Shown piece after piece: positions 1-12,557 of a stretch of 64,000 nt of DNA. Position numbers and translations under genes: made by a program. Within the stretch, counting starts at the first letter, position 1; the number at the start of each line of letters is the position of its first letter. This stretch comes from an uncultured Planctomycetales bacterium. GTDB taxonomy: Bacteria > Planctomycetota > Planctomycetia > Pirellulales > Thermoguttaceae. The stretch lies in the NCBI GenBank assembly GCA_937881075.1, contig CALGFD010000001.1, positions 53,798 through 117,797 on the forward strand. Direction: 5' to 3'. Below the pieces are notes generated by a model. That model saw only the letters and a program-made list of their open reading frames with translations, was not told the DNA's origin and made no database searches.

Positions 1-133
1 CTGTGGGCGGTTGAAATGCTGCCTGCGCTACGAATACGAAAACTACGAAGACCCCGAACCTGTTAAGCCCGGCTCGGCCAACCCCGCCAGCGGTCCCCAA
101 ACCAACGACACCGAGAACGACGCCGCGAGCTAA
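1..133 (+). CDS. 3' end of an upstream gene (partial); Cys-rich C-terminus resembling the PSP1 C-terminal domain (YaaT/RicT-like)
   Basis: In-frame translation of bases 2-133 ends ...CGRLKCCLRYEYENYEDPEPVKPGSANPASGPQTNDTENDAAS followed by TAA. The CGRL.CCLRYE motif is recalled as characteristic of PSP1 C-terminal domains. The window starts inside the gene, so its start is unknown. Confidence 0.35.
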   Translation, partial: CGRLKCCLRYEYENYEDPEPVKPGSANPASGPQTNDTENDAAS

Positions 134-171
134 TCCAGAACTTTGCCCCTTTCCCAACACCCTTCACCCTA

Positions 172-603
172 ATGCTTGATCCATCGCATCCGATCGTTCA
201 ACTGATCAAAGAGGACCGCCGCTATCGGTTGGAGGGCTACGCCTTCCTGTTCGAAGCCCTGCGCTATGCTCAGGACGTGCTGAAGATGGGCGCCGATAAG
301 CCCACCGAGCGATGCCGCAAAAAGGGCGCGGAAGAACACGAGGATTGCGAGCGCCATGTCAGCGGCCAAGAACTCTGCGAGGCCATCCGCCGCTATGCCC
401 TCGAACAATACGGCTACATGGCCAAAACCGTGTTGAACAATTGGGGTATCCAGACCACAAGCGACTTCGGCGAAATGGTGTTCAATTTGATTCGCGTGGG
501 ACAGATGCGCAAGACACCAGCCGATCAACGCGCCGACTTCGACGACGTTTACGACTTCGACACGGCCTTCCGGCAATCGTTCAAGATTTCGCGGGCAGGC
601 TGA
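172..603 (+). CDS. conserved hypothetical protein (143 aa), no recognisable domain
   Basis: Clean ORF with ATG start, coding-like composition, no overlapping alternative ORF of similar quality. No confident family assignment from sequence alone. Confidence 0.6.
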   Translation: MLDPSHPIVQLIKEDRRYRLEGYAFLFEALRYAQDVLKMGADKPTERCRKKGAEEHEDCERHVSGQELCEAIRRYALEQYGYMAKTVLNNWGIQTTSDFGEMVFNLIRVGQMRKTPADQRADFDDVYDFDTAFRQSFKISRAG

Positions 604-807
604 TCATTGTCCCGGGAGTTGCCACTCTGAAACGAGAATCACCGTCTACGAATGGCGTCCCAGAATCCGCTGCCCGTCGGCCCTGGCTTCGGCGGTTTCT
701 GGCCGTGGCAATCGCCTTGGAAGCGGCTTGGATCGCACTGCTGGGCGTGTTGTGTATCGTTCGCTAGGTAGGGAGACCATCGTCAGGCGATTTCCGGAGC
801 GTCCGCC

Positions 808-3723
808 ATGCACGCCTGTCTGATCCTCACGCTCCTCGCGCTACCCGCGGCGGCCGATTTGGCGGTTGCCGACGCCCGACTCAACGATGTCTGCTTCGTC
901 AACAGCCGGCAGGGCTGGGCCGTCGGCGATCGTGGCGCAATCTGGCACACCGACGACGGCGGCGAACACTGGCAACTGCAAAATTCGCCAGTCGGCTGCA
1001 ATCTGCACGCCGTCATCTTCCACGATCCACAGACCGGCTGGGCCGTGGGCGGTCTCACGCATCCCTACACGCGCACAAGTAGCGGTGTGGTCCTGGCCAC
1101 TCGCGACGGTGGCCAATCATGGAGCTACAACAACAAACTCGTGCTGCCCACCCTGCGGCGGGTCGGATTCTTCACCACGCAGCGCGGTTGGGCGGCTGGC
1201 TGCCCATCGGCCATGTATCCCTCGGGCTTGTTCCTCACCGACGATGGCGGCCGGAGTTGGCGTCCCTTGCCCGGCGGTGATGGCCGCGGCGCCCAAACGG
1301 CCGACTTGCTCGATTTGCGGTCCGGCGCGGTGGCCAATCCCAGAGGAGCAGTGGCGCTGGTGCACGGCGGCGAGATGGACGTGCCCCAGGCGCCCATCGA
1401 TCTGCGCCGCGTCGGCGACTTGCGCCTGCTTCAGCCCGCGCAAGGATGGCTGGTCGGCGAGGGTGGGCTGGTGAAAACGACGAATGACCTCGGGTCAAGC
1501 TGGCAACCGCCGCCGGCGTTGCCTTCGCCTAGCAGCCGGTATTTCGATTTTGCGGCGATCGCGACGCGTGGCTCGCACTGTTGGATTGCCGGTTGCCCCG
1601 GCTCCAAGGTTTTCTACACGCCCGACTTCGGACGGACTTGGCGGAATTATGCCACGGGAACGCCCGTTCCACTCCGCGGATTGACATTCGTTGACGAGCA
1701 ACATGGCTGGGCCGTCGGCGAACTGGGAACGATCCTCGCCTCCTCCGACGGCGGGCGCACTTGGCGCAAGCAGCGGGCCGGCGGCTGCCAAGCCGCAATG
1801 CTTGCCCTCGTCGCTACGGCCGACGAGGTGCCACTGGAATTGATCGCGAGAATCTCCGGCAACGACGGTTATTTTTCGGTGGTCAACGTGATTGGTCGGC
1901 GCGACGTCGAAGTCACGCTGGATAACGAGGTCCCCGTCGGCGATCGGCTGCATGAGGCCGTTGTTCGGCTCGGCGGCTCGGCCACAAGCCAGGCCTGGCA
2001 GTTCCCGCTCCGGCAGCCGGGGCTGGCGGTCGGCCCGACGGCCCTCTTCGATGCCTGGGACCGCCTCCACGATGGCCGCGGAATTGAGGAATTGCACGCC
2101 CACTTGGTACGTCAGATCCGTATCTGGCGCCCCGAAGTGATCGTCACCGGCGATGCCAATTCGGGCAAGGTCGAAGACGCTTTGCTGCAACAGGCGGTGC
2201 TGCAGGCCGTTGCCCAGGCGGCCGACGAAGTGGCCTTTCCCGCCCAGATCCTCGAGGCCGGTCTGAAGCCCTGGCGGGTGAGCCGCGTGTACGCTCCATT
2301 GCCGCCCGGCGCACGAGGTATCGGGGAACTGAACGTAGCACAACCCTTGCCGGGGCTCGGCGGCGCACTTGCCGACGCGGTGGCCGAACCGCGCGGGCTG
2401 CTGCACGAAGACTATGCGCCGCCGCCAGCGTCATTGGCGTTTCGCTTGCTGTGGACAGCGACGACAGCGAACGCCGATCGCCGCGATTCGTGCTTGAGCC
2501 TCTCGGCCGTTGCTGGCGGCGACGCCCGACGTCAGCCGCCATTGCCGATGATGGAGCGACTCGAGGCGGCGCAGAAGGTCGCCACGAAACGCCGCAACGT
2601 GCAAGCCATTCTAGAGCGGGCAGGCCGCGGGGCCTGGTCGGCCGAACAACTGCTGGGCCAACTCGACGAACTCACTGGCAACCTCGATCCGCTCGCCGCG
2701 GGACAGATCTTGTACCAGCTTGCCGATCGCTACCACCACACCGGGCAATGGCCGGCCGCCGCCGAGACCTTCCAGCGGCTGCTCGCACGCCACCCCGACC
2801 ATCCCTTGGCGACGCTGGCCATGCTTTGGCTGCTGCAATATTACAGCAGCGCCGAGGCCGCCCATCGCATCCACTGCGATCCGACGCAGTTGCCGCAACG
2901 ATTTCAACTCGCGACCGCGGTGGCACGGGAGCTCGAACGGTCGCATTTCGAACTCTTCATGCGGCCCACCGTGCGGTTTCCCTTGGCCGCCGCCTGGCGG
3001 GGACTAGGGCAACCCAAAGCCGCCGACCGGCTCCATCAAATGCAGCCCCGACTCGAACGGGGTGACGGCTGGTGGGCCGCCGCCCAAGCCGAACTCCTGC
3101 AAGCAGCCCCAAAAGGTCGTCCGCCGAAGCCGCAACTGGCCTGCGCCCGCGCCGCGACGCCGCCGCACCTCGACGGCCTCCTCGACGATGCCCTCTGGCG
3201 GCAGGCCAAGCCGGTCGCCTTGCGAAGCGCCCAGCAGGATGATGCCGAGTGGCCGGCCGCCGCGATGTTGGCCTACGATGCCGAATTCTTGTACTTGGCC
3301 GTTCGCTGTCGGGAAGCGCCCAACCACGCCGAGGAATCGCAAGACTCTCTCCCGGCGACTCCCCGACAACGCAAGGCCGATCTCAGCGGACAAGACCGCG
3401 TCGAGATATTTCTCGACATCGACCGGGACTACACCACCTCGTACCACCTCGCCGTCGACCGTCGCGGCTGGACCAACGAAGACTGTTGGGGCGATTTCAG
3501 TTGGACGCCCTTGTGGTTCATCGCCACCCATCGCGGACAAGGGGAATGGACCATCGAGGCAGCTATTCCTTGGAAGGAATTGAGCAGCCGCGCTCCTCGG
3601 CCGCGCGAGTGCTGGGCGGCGGGGATCCAACGCGTGACGCCCGGCGTCGGCTTCCAATCGTGGTCCACGCCGGCCGCCGTGATCCCGCGGCCCGACGGTT
3701 TTGGGCTGATGGTGTTTGACTAG
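808..3723 (+). CDS. secreted BNR/Ycf48-like repeat protein with a C-terminal CBM9/DOMON-like carbohydrate-binding-like domain (971 aa)
   Basis: N-terminal signal peptide (MHACLILTLLALPAAA). Six W..DGG..W BNR/Asp-box-like repeats (WHTDDGGEHW, TRDGGQSW, TDDGGRSW, TNDLGSSW, TPDFGRTW, SSDGGRTW). The C-terminal block (LDGLLDDALWRQAKPV...) resembles a family 9 carbohydrate-binding / DOMON fold. Confidence 0.6.
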   Translation: MHACLILTLLALPAAADLAVADARLNDVCFVNSRQGWAVGDRGAIWHTDDGGEHWQLQNSPVGCNLHAVIFHDPQTGWAVGGLTHPYTRTSSGVVLATRDGGQSWSYNNKLVLPTLRRVGFFTTQRGWAAGCPSAMYPSGLFLTDDGGRSWRPLPGGDGRGAQTADLLDLRSGAVANPRGAVALVHGGEMDVPQAPIDLRRVGDLRLLQPAQGWLVGEGGLVKTTNDLGSSWQPPPALPSPSSRYFDFAAIATRGSHCWIAGCPGSKVFYTPDFGRTWRNYATGTPVPLRGLTFVDEQHGWAVGELGTILASSDGGRTWRKQRAGGCQAAMLALVATADEVPLELIARISGNDGYFSVVNVIGRRDVEVTLDNEVPVGDRLHEAVVRLGGSATSQAWQFPLRQPGLAVGPTALFDAWDRLHDGRGIEELHAHLVRQIRIWRPEVIVTGDANSGKVEDALLQQAVLQAVAQAADEVAFPAQILEAGLKPWRVSRVYAPLPPGARGIGELNVAQPLPGLGGALADAVAEPRGLLHEDYAPPPASLAFRLLWTATTANADRRDSCLSLSAVAGGDARRQPPLPMMERLEAAQKVATKRRNVQAILERAGRGAWSAEQLLGQLDELTGNLDPLAAGQILYQLADRYHHTGQWPAAAETFQRLLARHPDHPLATLAMLWLLQYYSSAEAAHRIHCDPTQLPQRFQLATAVARELERSHFELFMRPTVRFPLAAAWRGLGQPKAADRLHQMQPRLERGDGWWAAAQAELLQAAPKGRPPKPQLACARAATPPHLDGLLDDALWRQAKPVALRSAQQDDAEWPAAAMLAYDAEFLYLAVRCREAPNHAEESQDSLPATPRQRKADLSGQDRVEIFLDIDRDYTTSYHLAVDRRGWTNEDCWGDFSWTPLWFIATHRGQGEWTIEAAIPWKELSSRAPRPRECWAAGIQRVTPGVGFQSWSTPAAVIPRPDGFGLMVFD

Positions 3724-3753
3724 CGCCGCTCTCGGCTATGGCACCTGCCTCCA

Positions 3754-6270
<2,517 letters not shown>

Positions 6271-6361
6271 TCAAAGGTTACATCAAAGCGATGTTGATCT
6301 TCTTCCTGTAGCTCCGGCCTACACGTCTCTCGCCCGCTTCGCTCTTCCCTAACCCCTGCGG

Positions 6362-6667
6362 CTATCCGATACTTCCCACCCGAAACCGCAGGTTCTTCAC
6401 GCCCTGATCCGGCATCAACCGCTGCAAGGCTTCAATCAACTCCTGTTTGCGAAAGCCCAACTCCTGCACCAAGGTTGAATTGGCGACTATCACCTCCAAG
6501 GTGCCGCGCGCCAGCTTGCCGGGCCGCGTGTACTTCGCCATCATCGGGCCGGCCGCCTGGCTCCACGCCTCGTCATAGGCCGCCGCGCTCTGCACCCGTG
6601 CAAAGCCCCGCCGCGCCATCAGCTCGGAAAGCAAGTTGCTAATCGATTCGGGCTGTCCGCGGGCCAT
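6362..6667 (-). CDS. DUF721 domain protein (small protein typically encoded between dnaN/recF and gyrB)
   Basis: 101 aa with the DUF721-like pattern ...W..AAGP..A..T.P..L..GTL.V.V.NS.L..EL......L...L. Located between dnaN and gyrB. Confidence 0.65.
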   Translation of the reverse strand: MARGQPESISNLLSELMARRGFARVQSAAAYDEAWSQAAGPMMAKYTRPGKLARGTLEVIVANSTLVQELGFRKQELIEALQRLMPDQGVKNLRFRVGSIG

Positions 6668-6736
6668 GAATCTAGGGGTTGGAGTTTAGGGGCTAGGGAC
6701 TCGTCACCGGCAAATGAAACGCTCCTTATGACCTTC

Positions 6737-7852
6737 TTACTGGTCGCGGGCCAAAGGCATCACCACGTAAGCATAACCATCCTCGGTGGTGCAGATGGCT
6801 GCGCTCTCGGCATCACGCAACTCGATCGTAAACGGCTGCTCCGGCCCCAGCACCTTCAAAAAGTCGTTCAAATAGCGGGGGTCCAGGGTAATGCTCACTT
6901 CGGCCCCATCGTAGGCGATCGGCAACTCGATGTGCGACTCGCCCAGCTCGGCGCCATGCGCAGCCAACACAATCTTGCCGCCTCCGAAGGCGAAATCGAC
7001 GCCGCGACGCTCGTCGCTGGTGACGATCGCCGCCTGCCGGACGGCCGCGTAGAAGGGGCCCGCCGTCAATGGGATCTTGATCATGCCTTCGCGGCGCGGG
7101 AACACGTCGCGCCACTTGGGATAACGCCCTTCGACCAGCCGGGAGTAGATCGTCGCCCCGCCGCTGCGGATCAACACATCGTTTTCCCGCGCGGCAAGCT
7201 GGATATTCCCCTCGTTGTCGGCTAAGGCCCGCTCGATCAACTGCATCGCTCGAGTCGGGATGATCGTCATCGTGTCGCCCGAGACATGTCCGCCGACCGA
7301 TTCGGCTGGACCTTCCTGACGAGCCAGGCGTCGACCGTCGGTGGCCACGGCGGTGATGCCGTTGTGGGTCAACTCGACCAACACCCCGCCCAAGGCATAG
7401 CGGCTGCTCTCGTTGTCCGTGGCGTACACGGTGCGACGGACGACCTCGCGAAAGAAGCGGGCCGGCATCTCGTGATACTTCGCTTCCTCAAAGGCCAGCA
7501 CACTGGGAAACTCGTCCGGATTTTCCGACGGCAACTGAAACTCACTCCGCTGTCCGCGCACCAACGCCCTGCGGCCGTCGCTTTCCAGGTTTAGTTTTTC
7601 GTCAGAACTCTCCGACAGAATCTTGCCAAACCGATCCCGCGGCAGCACCACGCTCCCCGGCGCCGACACCTCGAAGCCAGGCACTTCGATGCGGATACCA
7701 ACCTCCAAGTCGGTGCCCATCAAAATCGCCGTATCCGACGTAACCTGCAGCTTCACGTTCTGCAGGATCGGTTTGGGGCTTCGCGAGGGGGCCACGCTGG
7801 CGGCCATCTGGAAGGCGTGCAACAGCTTGTCGCGCTGGCAGGTTGCTTTCAT
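6737..7852 (-). CDS. dnaN: DNA polymerase III beta subunit (sliding clamp)
   Basis: 371 aa, typical DnaN three-domain length and N-terminus (MKATCQRDKLLHAFQMAASVAPSRSPKPILQNVKL). Lies between dnaA and gyrB. Confidence 0.92.
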   Translation of the reverse strand: MKATCQRDKLLHAFQMAASVAPSRSPKPILQNVKLQVTSDTAILMGTDLEVGIRIEVPGFEVSAPGSVVLPRDRFGKILSESSDEKLNLESDGRRALVRGQRSEFQLPSENPDEFPSVLAFEEAKYHEMPARFFREVVRRTVYATDNESSRYALGGVLVELTHNGITAVATDGRRLARQEGPAESVGGHVSGDTMTIIPTRAMQLIERALADNEGNIQLAARENDVLIRSGGATIYSRLVEGRYPKWRDVFPRREGMIKIPLTAGPFYAAVRQAAIVTSDERRGVDFAFGGGKIVLAAHGAELGESHIELPIAYDGAEVSITLDPRYLNDFLKVLGPEQPFTIELRDAESAAICTTEDGYAYVVMPLARDQ

Positions 7853-7905
7853 GTCTGGTAATAGCCTTTCTTAAATTCTTTTTAAGAGTAGCAGTATTTG
7901 TATGC
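7853..7905. other. AT-rich tract in the dnaN-dnaA intergenic region; candidate DNA-unwinding element / part of oriC
   Basis: The stretch tgtctggtaatagcctttcttaaattctttttaagagtagcagtatttgtatg is markedly AT-rich in an otherwise ~62% GC genome. It lies in the classical oriC position between dnaA and dnaN. Only weak DnaA-box-like 9-mers were seen (e.g. TTTTCCACA at the 3' end of dnaA). Confidence 0.35.
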
Positions 7906-8122
7906 CGCGTGGATTTGTCAGTCGCCGAACTTGCTGGTCTTCTAAATTGCTTGCGAGCCGGAGGTTAAGTTCGTTGCGACAGTTGTCTTCGCCGGTGGAA
8001 AAAACGTTGCTTCGACGTCAGGAACCTGTTGTCCCCGTTTCAATAGATCTGGCCTACGAATCAGGGATGAACCTCGATGTTCACTAGGTGTTGTGCTGAA
8101 CCCGCCTGCCGACAATGGACTA

Positions 8123-9256
8123 TCAGGTTTTCCACAAAACCCTCTTCAGGGCCTCGACCGCCTCGCGGATCGAGGCGTCGCTTTCGATCAACTCCTCGGT
8201 CTTGCGGCAACTGTGCATCACCGTGGTGTGGTCGCGGCCGCCGAAATAGCTGCCGATCTGTTGCAGGCTCTCGTCCGTCAGCGTTCGGGCCAGGTACACC
8301 GCGACTCCCCGTGCATTGACCAACACGCGCCGTCGTACCGAACTGCGCAGATCGGTCAGCTTCAGGGAAAAATGCTTCGCGGTCGCCAGGGCAATCTCGT
8401 GCAACGTCGGTCGCCGGGCGTCGCTCCGCTCGGCCACGAATCGTTTGGCTGCAGCCAAATCGATCCGCCCATGACCGGCTTCGGAGGGCATTCCCAACTG
8501 CAATAGCGAACCGGCCAATTCGGGCACCGTGCCGCTGACCCCATCGGCCAACACGCGGGCAACAGTCTCGGAGAGCCGGATATTCCGCACGCGAGCCAAT
8601 TGCCGAAGCACCGCCAAACGCGCGGCCGGCCCAGGCGGCGCCAACGGCACGGTCAATCCGGCCATCAGCCGGCTTTGCAACGCCGGCACGATGCCCGAGG
8701 CTTCGCTGGGCAGGGTCGCCAGGGTGACGATCACCCCGCGGCCTTCGGCTAGCAGCACGTCGAGCGTGTGGATCAATTCTTCCTGCGCGCTTAATTTGCC
8801 CGACCTCCGTGTGGCCAGCATCCCTAAGTCTTCGATCACCAACAGCGACGCTTCGCGATACTTCGAGCGGAAGTCGTCGACGTCTTGCGTCTCGATCGCC
8901 TCGGCCAGTTCGCGAGCGAAATCGACCGCCGTCGTGCACACCACCTTGGCCTTTCGGTCCCGGGCCTTCCAGGCAGCGGCCAAGCCGAAAGCCAAGTGCG
9001 ACTTGCCGGTGCCACTGGGCCCATAGAGCACCAGCGGACTATAGCCGTTTGGCTCCTTCTCGACGACGGAGCGAACCGCCACCTCCACCAGTCGGTTCTC
9101 GGGACCGACCAGGAAATGGCTCGTCGGAACCGGTCCCCGCGGATCGGTCGCCGAGTCGGAAAGTTTCCCCGGCAGGGGGATGTCGATGACGCCGTCCACC
9201 ATGTCGGTTTTGACCTGCAAATCGAAACATGAATTGTACCGTTTTTCGGCCCTCAT
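8123..9256 (-). CDS. dnaA: chromosomal replication initiator DnaA (short form, 377 aa; AAA+ domain III and DNA-binding domain IV present, N-terminal domain I apparently missing)
   Basis: Walker A GPSGTGKSHL, sensor motifs, and a C-terminal helix-turn-helix region (HTTVMHSCRKTEELIESD...). The ORF cannot extend upstream of the M at 9256 in this frame, so only about 45 residues precede the FLVGPENRLV box. Confidence 0.9.
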   Translation of the reverse strand: MRAEKRYNSCFDLQVKTDMVDGVIDIPLPGKLSDSATDPRGPVPTSHFLVGPENRLVEVAVRSVVEKEPNGYSPLVLYGPSGTGKSHLAFGLAAAWKARDRKAKVVCTTAVDFARELAEAIETQDVDDFRSKYREASLLVIEDLGMLATRRSGKLSAQEELIHTLDVLLAEGRGVIVTLATLPSEASGIVPALQSRLMAGLTVPLAPPGPAARLAVLRQLARVRNIRLSETVARVLADGVSGTVPELAGSLLQLGMPSEAGHGRIDLAAAKRFVAERSDARRPTLHEIALATAKHFSLKLTDLRSSVRRRVLVNARGVAVYLARTLTDESLQQIGSYFGGRDHTTVMHSCRKTEELIESDASIREAVEALKRVLWKT

Positions 9257-9520
9257 TACGAGGTGGCTTGGGCCGGTTTTGGGGGATAATTACGACGGCA
9301 AAAATGGCCTGTTTCTCGCGTTTTTGGCCGCTGCTTCGCCCCCCTTTGTCGATCAGCACCAAAGGCGGCCGAAAAAGTCGGTTAGCGAGCCCTGACTGAG
9401 ATCGCTGCAATCATGGCAGTGGGGAACCCTGCCCGGAGCGAGGCGAGCTCGCATAGGCATCGCAATGATGCGGAGGATAGAAGCGCAAAGAATGCGAGCC
9501 GCCGGCTACAACGAGAGCGG

Positions 9521-10870
9521 TCACTCCACCGGCATCTCGCCGAATAGCAGGCAAAGCACGTCCAGGGCCTGGATCGCCCGCAACGGGTGGCGGACCGTGT
9601 CGCCGTCGGCGCATTCCTCCCAGATCGTCAGCGCATAGCGAAGATATTGCTCACGCGAATCGGCGAGAATGTCCTCTTTCAACTCGTCCACCAGCTTGGG
9701 CCAGGCAAGTTGCAGTTCCTGCATCGATTCGATTTCGCCGTTGATCGCCTCGAACACCAAGTCGTCGAGATGCTCGAGCTTCTCCAATACCGCCGGCGAG
9801 TCGGGGTCCAACTCAAGCGACGGCCCGGCGACCGAGCAGGCGGTTGCCATCGGTTGTTTTGTCAGGTTGGCGAACTTCCGATGCGGGGCGTCGGCCCGTT
9901 GGGCCGGCGGCAGGCCTGGACCGGTCGCCGCCGAGCCGGGGCTCAACAACGGATCGTGGTCCCAGTCGGCCCCTTCCAGCCCTTCGAGCAATTGCAGCCC
10001 GAGGGCCGGCAGGTCGCCCAAGGTCAAACGAAAACGCCGCTTGGAGAGCTGAGCAACTAGGTAGGAGATGCCCCCGGTCAGTAACGACCGCTCGACCAGT
10101 TGCGCCCAACCATCCAAGGGCATTTTGGGCGGGGCATGCCCCGCCGCAATTTGCAGCACCGCCACGTTGGGGTAGTGCGTGATCCATTCATGCTCGGCCG
10201 GATCGCCCGACAGCGACACGATGCGAAATGGCCGCCGCGGCGAAAACTTCAGACCCGTCGAAAACGAGAACTCGGTGCGGCACTCCATCGGCAGGCAGTC
10301 GATCAGGCCGGCAATCAATTTCTCGGGCGAGGGCGTGCCGCCGACAGCGAAAAACGGGGCGTCACAGGCCGTCTGCACCAGCGCCGCCATGTTTCCGGCC
10401 CCGGGATTCTCGGCCAATTCGGTCAGCAGCGCCGCCGCCGATGCCGAGAAGTTGCCGTCCAGAACAAGCGGCTCCAGCACCGCGCCGCCATCCCAATGCG
10501 AACGCCAGCTATTCTGCGAAGCGGCCGCTTCAAGGATCGCGAAGGGATTGTTGCCAAAGTAGGCCAAAACCTTGGCCGGCACGATCAGACAGTGGGTCAA
10601 CGCCCGCTGTCCGCCAGAGTGACACGCGCTGCCGACCAGCATGGTCCGCGACACGCAGTAGGCTCCGCTCGGCAAGGGATGAAAGCTCACGTTCGTGGCC
10701 TCGGGACCAGGCTGTAGCATCGACTCGTGGGTCGGGCACCAAGTGGCCAGCTCCTCGGCATCGGCCGCCAGGATGCCCGCACTCCGCGCCACGAGTCGAT
10801 ACCCAGCGCTGTGTTCGTTTTCGACCCAAGCGTAAATGGCCTGTTCAATGCGTCGCATGTAGAAATCCAA
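9521..10870 (-). CDS. hypothetical protein (449 aa) immediately upstream of and co-oriented with dnaA
   Basis: Long ORF with coding-like periodicity. The ORFs overlapping it in other frames (9587..10060 and 10100..10717 on the plus strand, 9813..10187 on the minus strand) are Arg/Pro/Gly-rich and typical of high-GC noise. No recognisable domain. Confidence 0.6.
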   Translation of the reverse strand: MDFYMRRIEQAIYAWVENEHSAGYRLVARSAGILAADAEELATWCPTHESMLQPGPEATNVSFHPLPSGAYCVSRTMLVGSACHSGGQRALTHCLIVPAKVLAYFGNNPFAILEAAASQNSWRSHWDGGAVLEPLVLDGNFSASAAALLTELAENPGAGNMAALVQTACDAPFFAVGGTPSPEKLIAGLIDCLPMECRTEFSFSTGLKFSPRRPFRIVSLSGDPAEHEWITHYPNVAVLQIAAGHAPPKMPLDGWAQLVERSLLTGGISYLVAQLSKRRFRLTLGDLPALGLQLLEGLEGADWDHDPLLSPGSAATGPGLPPAQRADAPHRKFANLTKQPMATACSVAGPSLELDPDSPAVLEKLEHLDDLVFEAINGEIESMQELQLAWPKLVDELKEDILADSREQYLRYALTIWEECADGDTVRHPLRAIQALDVLCLLFGEMPVE

Positions 10871-10924
10871 CCGCTATTAACTTCAACCGCGTCTGCCCGA
10901 TCGGCAATGCCGCTTTCCCCGTCG

Positions 10925-11251
10925 CTAATGTCGCCGCCGCTTAGCCACCAGATGTTTCTGTTCGGCCACGGTATGGGCGAGTTCAGTAGCCAGCGCGGCG
11001 AGCCGTTCGACCTGTTGGTCGACCGCCTCGCGTTCCGCTTGCCGCAAGTGTTCCTGGTGATTGATTTCGTTGGTCAACAGTTCTTCTGCCAAGCCGTCCA
11101 ACCGCTCAAAGGTCTCGGCCAAAAACTCCTCCAGTTCGGTCTGACACTTACGGATCTCCGCGAGCGCGTTGCGGGCGCAATCCGAGGCGACAGGAGGACT
11201 AGCCGTTTCAATAGACATGGCAGACAAGTCAGTGACAGACGAGATAACCAT
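10925..11251 (-). CDS. small coiled-coil hypothetical protein (108 aa)
   Basis: Helical/charged composition (ELEEFLAETFERLDGLAEELL...AEREAVDQQVERLAALATELAH). Lies 54 nt upstream of the 449-aa ORF on the same strand. Confidence 0.45.
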   Translation of the reverse strand: MVISSVTDLSAMSIETASPPVASDCARNALAEIRKCQTELEEFLAETFERLDGLAEELLTNEINHQEHLRQAEREAVDQQVERLAALATELAHTVAEQKHLVAKRRRH

Positions 11252-11652
11252 AATAAGCCTATGCTAAAAATAGCGGCCAGGCGTCCATTCCCCGCGGATT
11301 TTTGCCAGCGGCGAGATGTTGCTTTTTGGCAACGACCCGGCAGAAAGCTCGCGGCCGGAAGATGCAACATGCGCGCGGGGAAGAGGAACGACGAGGACTG
11401 GCCATGGAGGGCCCGACAGGCCCGGTCTCTTCTATTGACCTTCAGATGAGTTCAGATAAGTAACGCAACCAGGGCGCGGTCACCGACCGAAGGTTGGTCG
11501 CGGAAGCCCGGTTTCACAGTGGAATCGTGACGCGATCGTTGCATTACTTTGCTGACCAATGAATAGGTCCACCCAATAGCGAAAGTGTCGGCGGACGTAG
11601 ACCGCCGACCGGCGGTTTTCACTCTGGCAACGCTTTCGGTCTTCCGCGTTTT

Positions 11653-12372
11653 TTAGAACAACGTTCGTTGCAGCGGCTCGGTGCAGCCTGGAACGTCATT
11701 GGCCGGAGTGTTCACCACCGACGAGACCGGATACGCCTCCATCGCCGCGCTTGGAAAGGGCGCCAGCAGCGGCCGCAGCGCGCGCGGATCGGTATTCGAT
11801 GGATCGAGCCAGGCGGCGTAACTGTCCGGCGCGAGAATCACCGGCATCCGATCGTGGATCGGCCGCACTAGTTCGTTGGCGTCGGTCGTCAACAGCGTGC
11901 AGGTTTCCAACGGTACGCGATCCGGCCGCTGCCACGACTCCCACAGCCCGGCAAAGCCAAACGGCCGATCGTCGCGGAGCCGAATGAAATACGGCTGCCG
12001 AGCCCGGCCCGTCTTCTGCCATTCATAGAAACCGTCGGCGACCATCAAGCAGCGTCGGCTCCGCATCGCGGACCGAAAGGCCGGTTTCTCGGCCGCCGTT
12101 TCCGCCCGGGCGTTGATCAGTCGATTGCCGATCGTCGCGTCAGTGGCCCAACCCGGCACCAACCCCCAGCGCAGCAGGACCAACTCCCGATGGCCGCCGT
12201 CAACTTGCCCCGGTTGAAGACGCACCACCGGTACCTGCTGCGTGGGCGCGATGTTAAATCGGGCCGTCAGCGCCGGAATTTCGAAGATGCCAAACTGCGC
12301 GGCGATGACCGACGGCGAGGCTCGTAGAGTAAAGCGTCCGCACATGCCTGATTGAGTGCCTGCGGGGTTCAA
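11653..12372 (-). CDS. SOS-response-associated peptidase (SRAP/YedK, DUF159; HMCES homologue; abasic-site processing protein)
   Basis: N-terminal MCGRF with the catalytic Cys at position 2 after Met removal. Length 239 aa is typical of SRAP. Confidence 0.85.
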   Translation of the reverse strand: MNPAGTQSGMCGRFTLRASPSVIAAQFGIFEIPALTARFNIAPTQQVPVVRLQPGQVDGGHRELVLLRWGLVPGWATDATIGNRLINARAETAAEKPAFRSAMRSRRCLMVADGFYEWQKTGRARQPYFIRLRDDRPFGFAGLWESWQRPDRVPLETCTLLTTDANELVRPIHDRMPVILAPDSYAAWLDPSNTDPRALRPLLAPFPSAAMEAYPVSSVVNTPANDVPGCTEPLQRTLF

Positions 12373-12557
12373 GGTACGATGGGGAGACGATATATTCTAT
12401 CGCGAGGTAGAAGATGAGTCATTCCGAGCGAAAGCGAGGAATTTGGCCGGCAGTTGTTCAAGCCAGATCCTTCGCTGGCGCTCAGGATGGCCAACCACCG
12501 GGAGAAGAGAGTCTCTTCGCCCTCGAAATCCCCAATCTCGAAATCCCAAGAAACCCC

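Noticed and set aside
1495-2406. 303-aa minus-strand ORF inside the BNR-repeat gene
   Set aside because: Antisense to a well-supported 971-aa CDS; product is Arg/Gly/Pro-rich.
8061-9026. 292-aa minus-strand and 165-aa plus-strand ORFs overlapping dnaA
   Set aside because: Alternative-frame or antisense artefacts of a high-GC gene; DnaA motifs identify the real frame.
11252-11652. 400-nt gene-free region upstream of the SRAP gene as a possible RNA gene or terminator
   Set aside because: Contains a GC hairpin GTCGGCGG-N7-CCGCCGAC followed by CGGCGGTTTTCAC. No plus-strand gene ends there, the T-run is not immediately adjacent to the stem, and no tRNA, RNase P or SRP signatures were seen. It is left unannotated.
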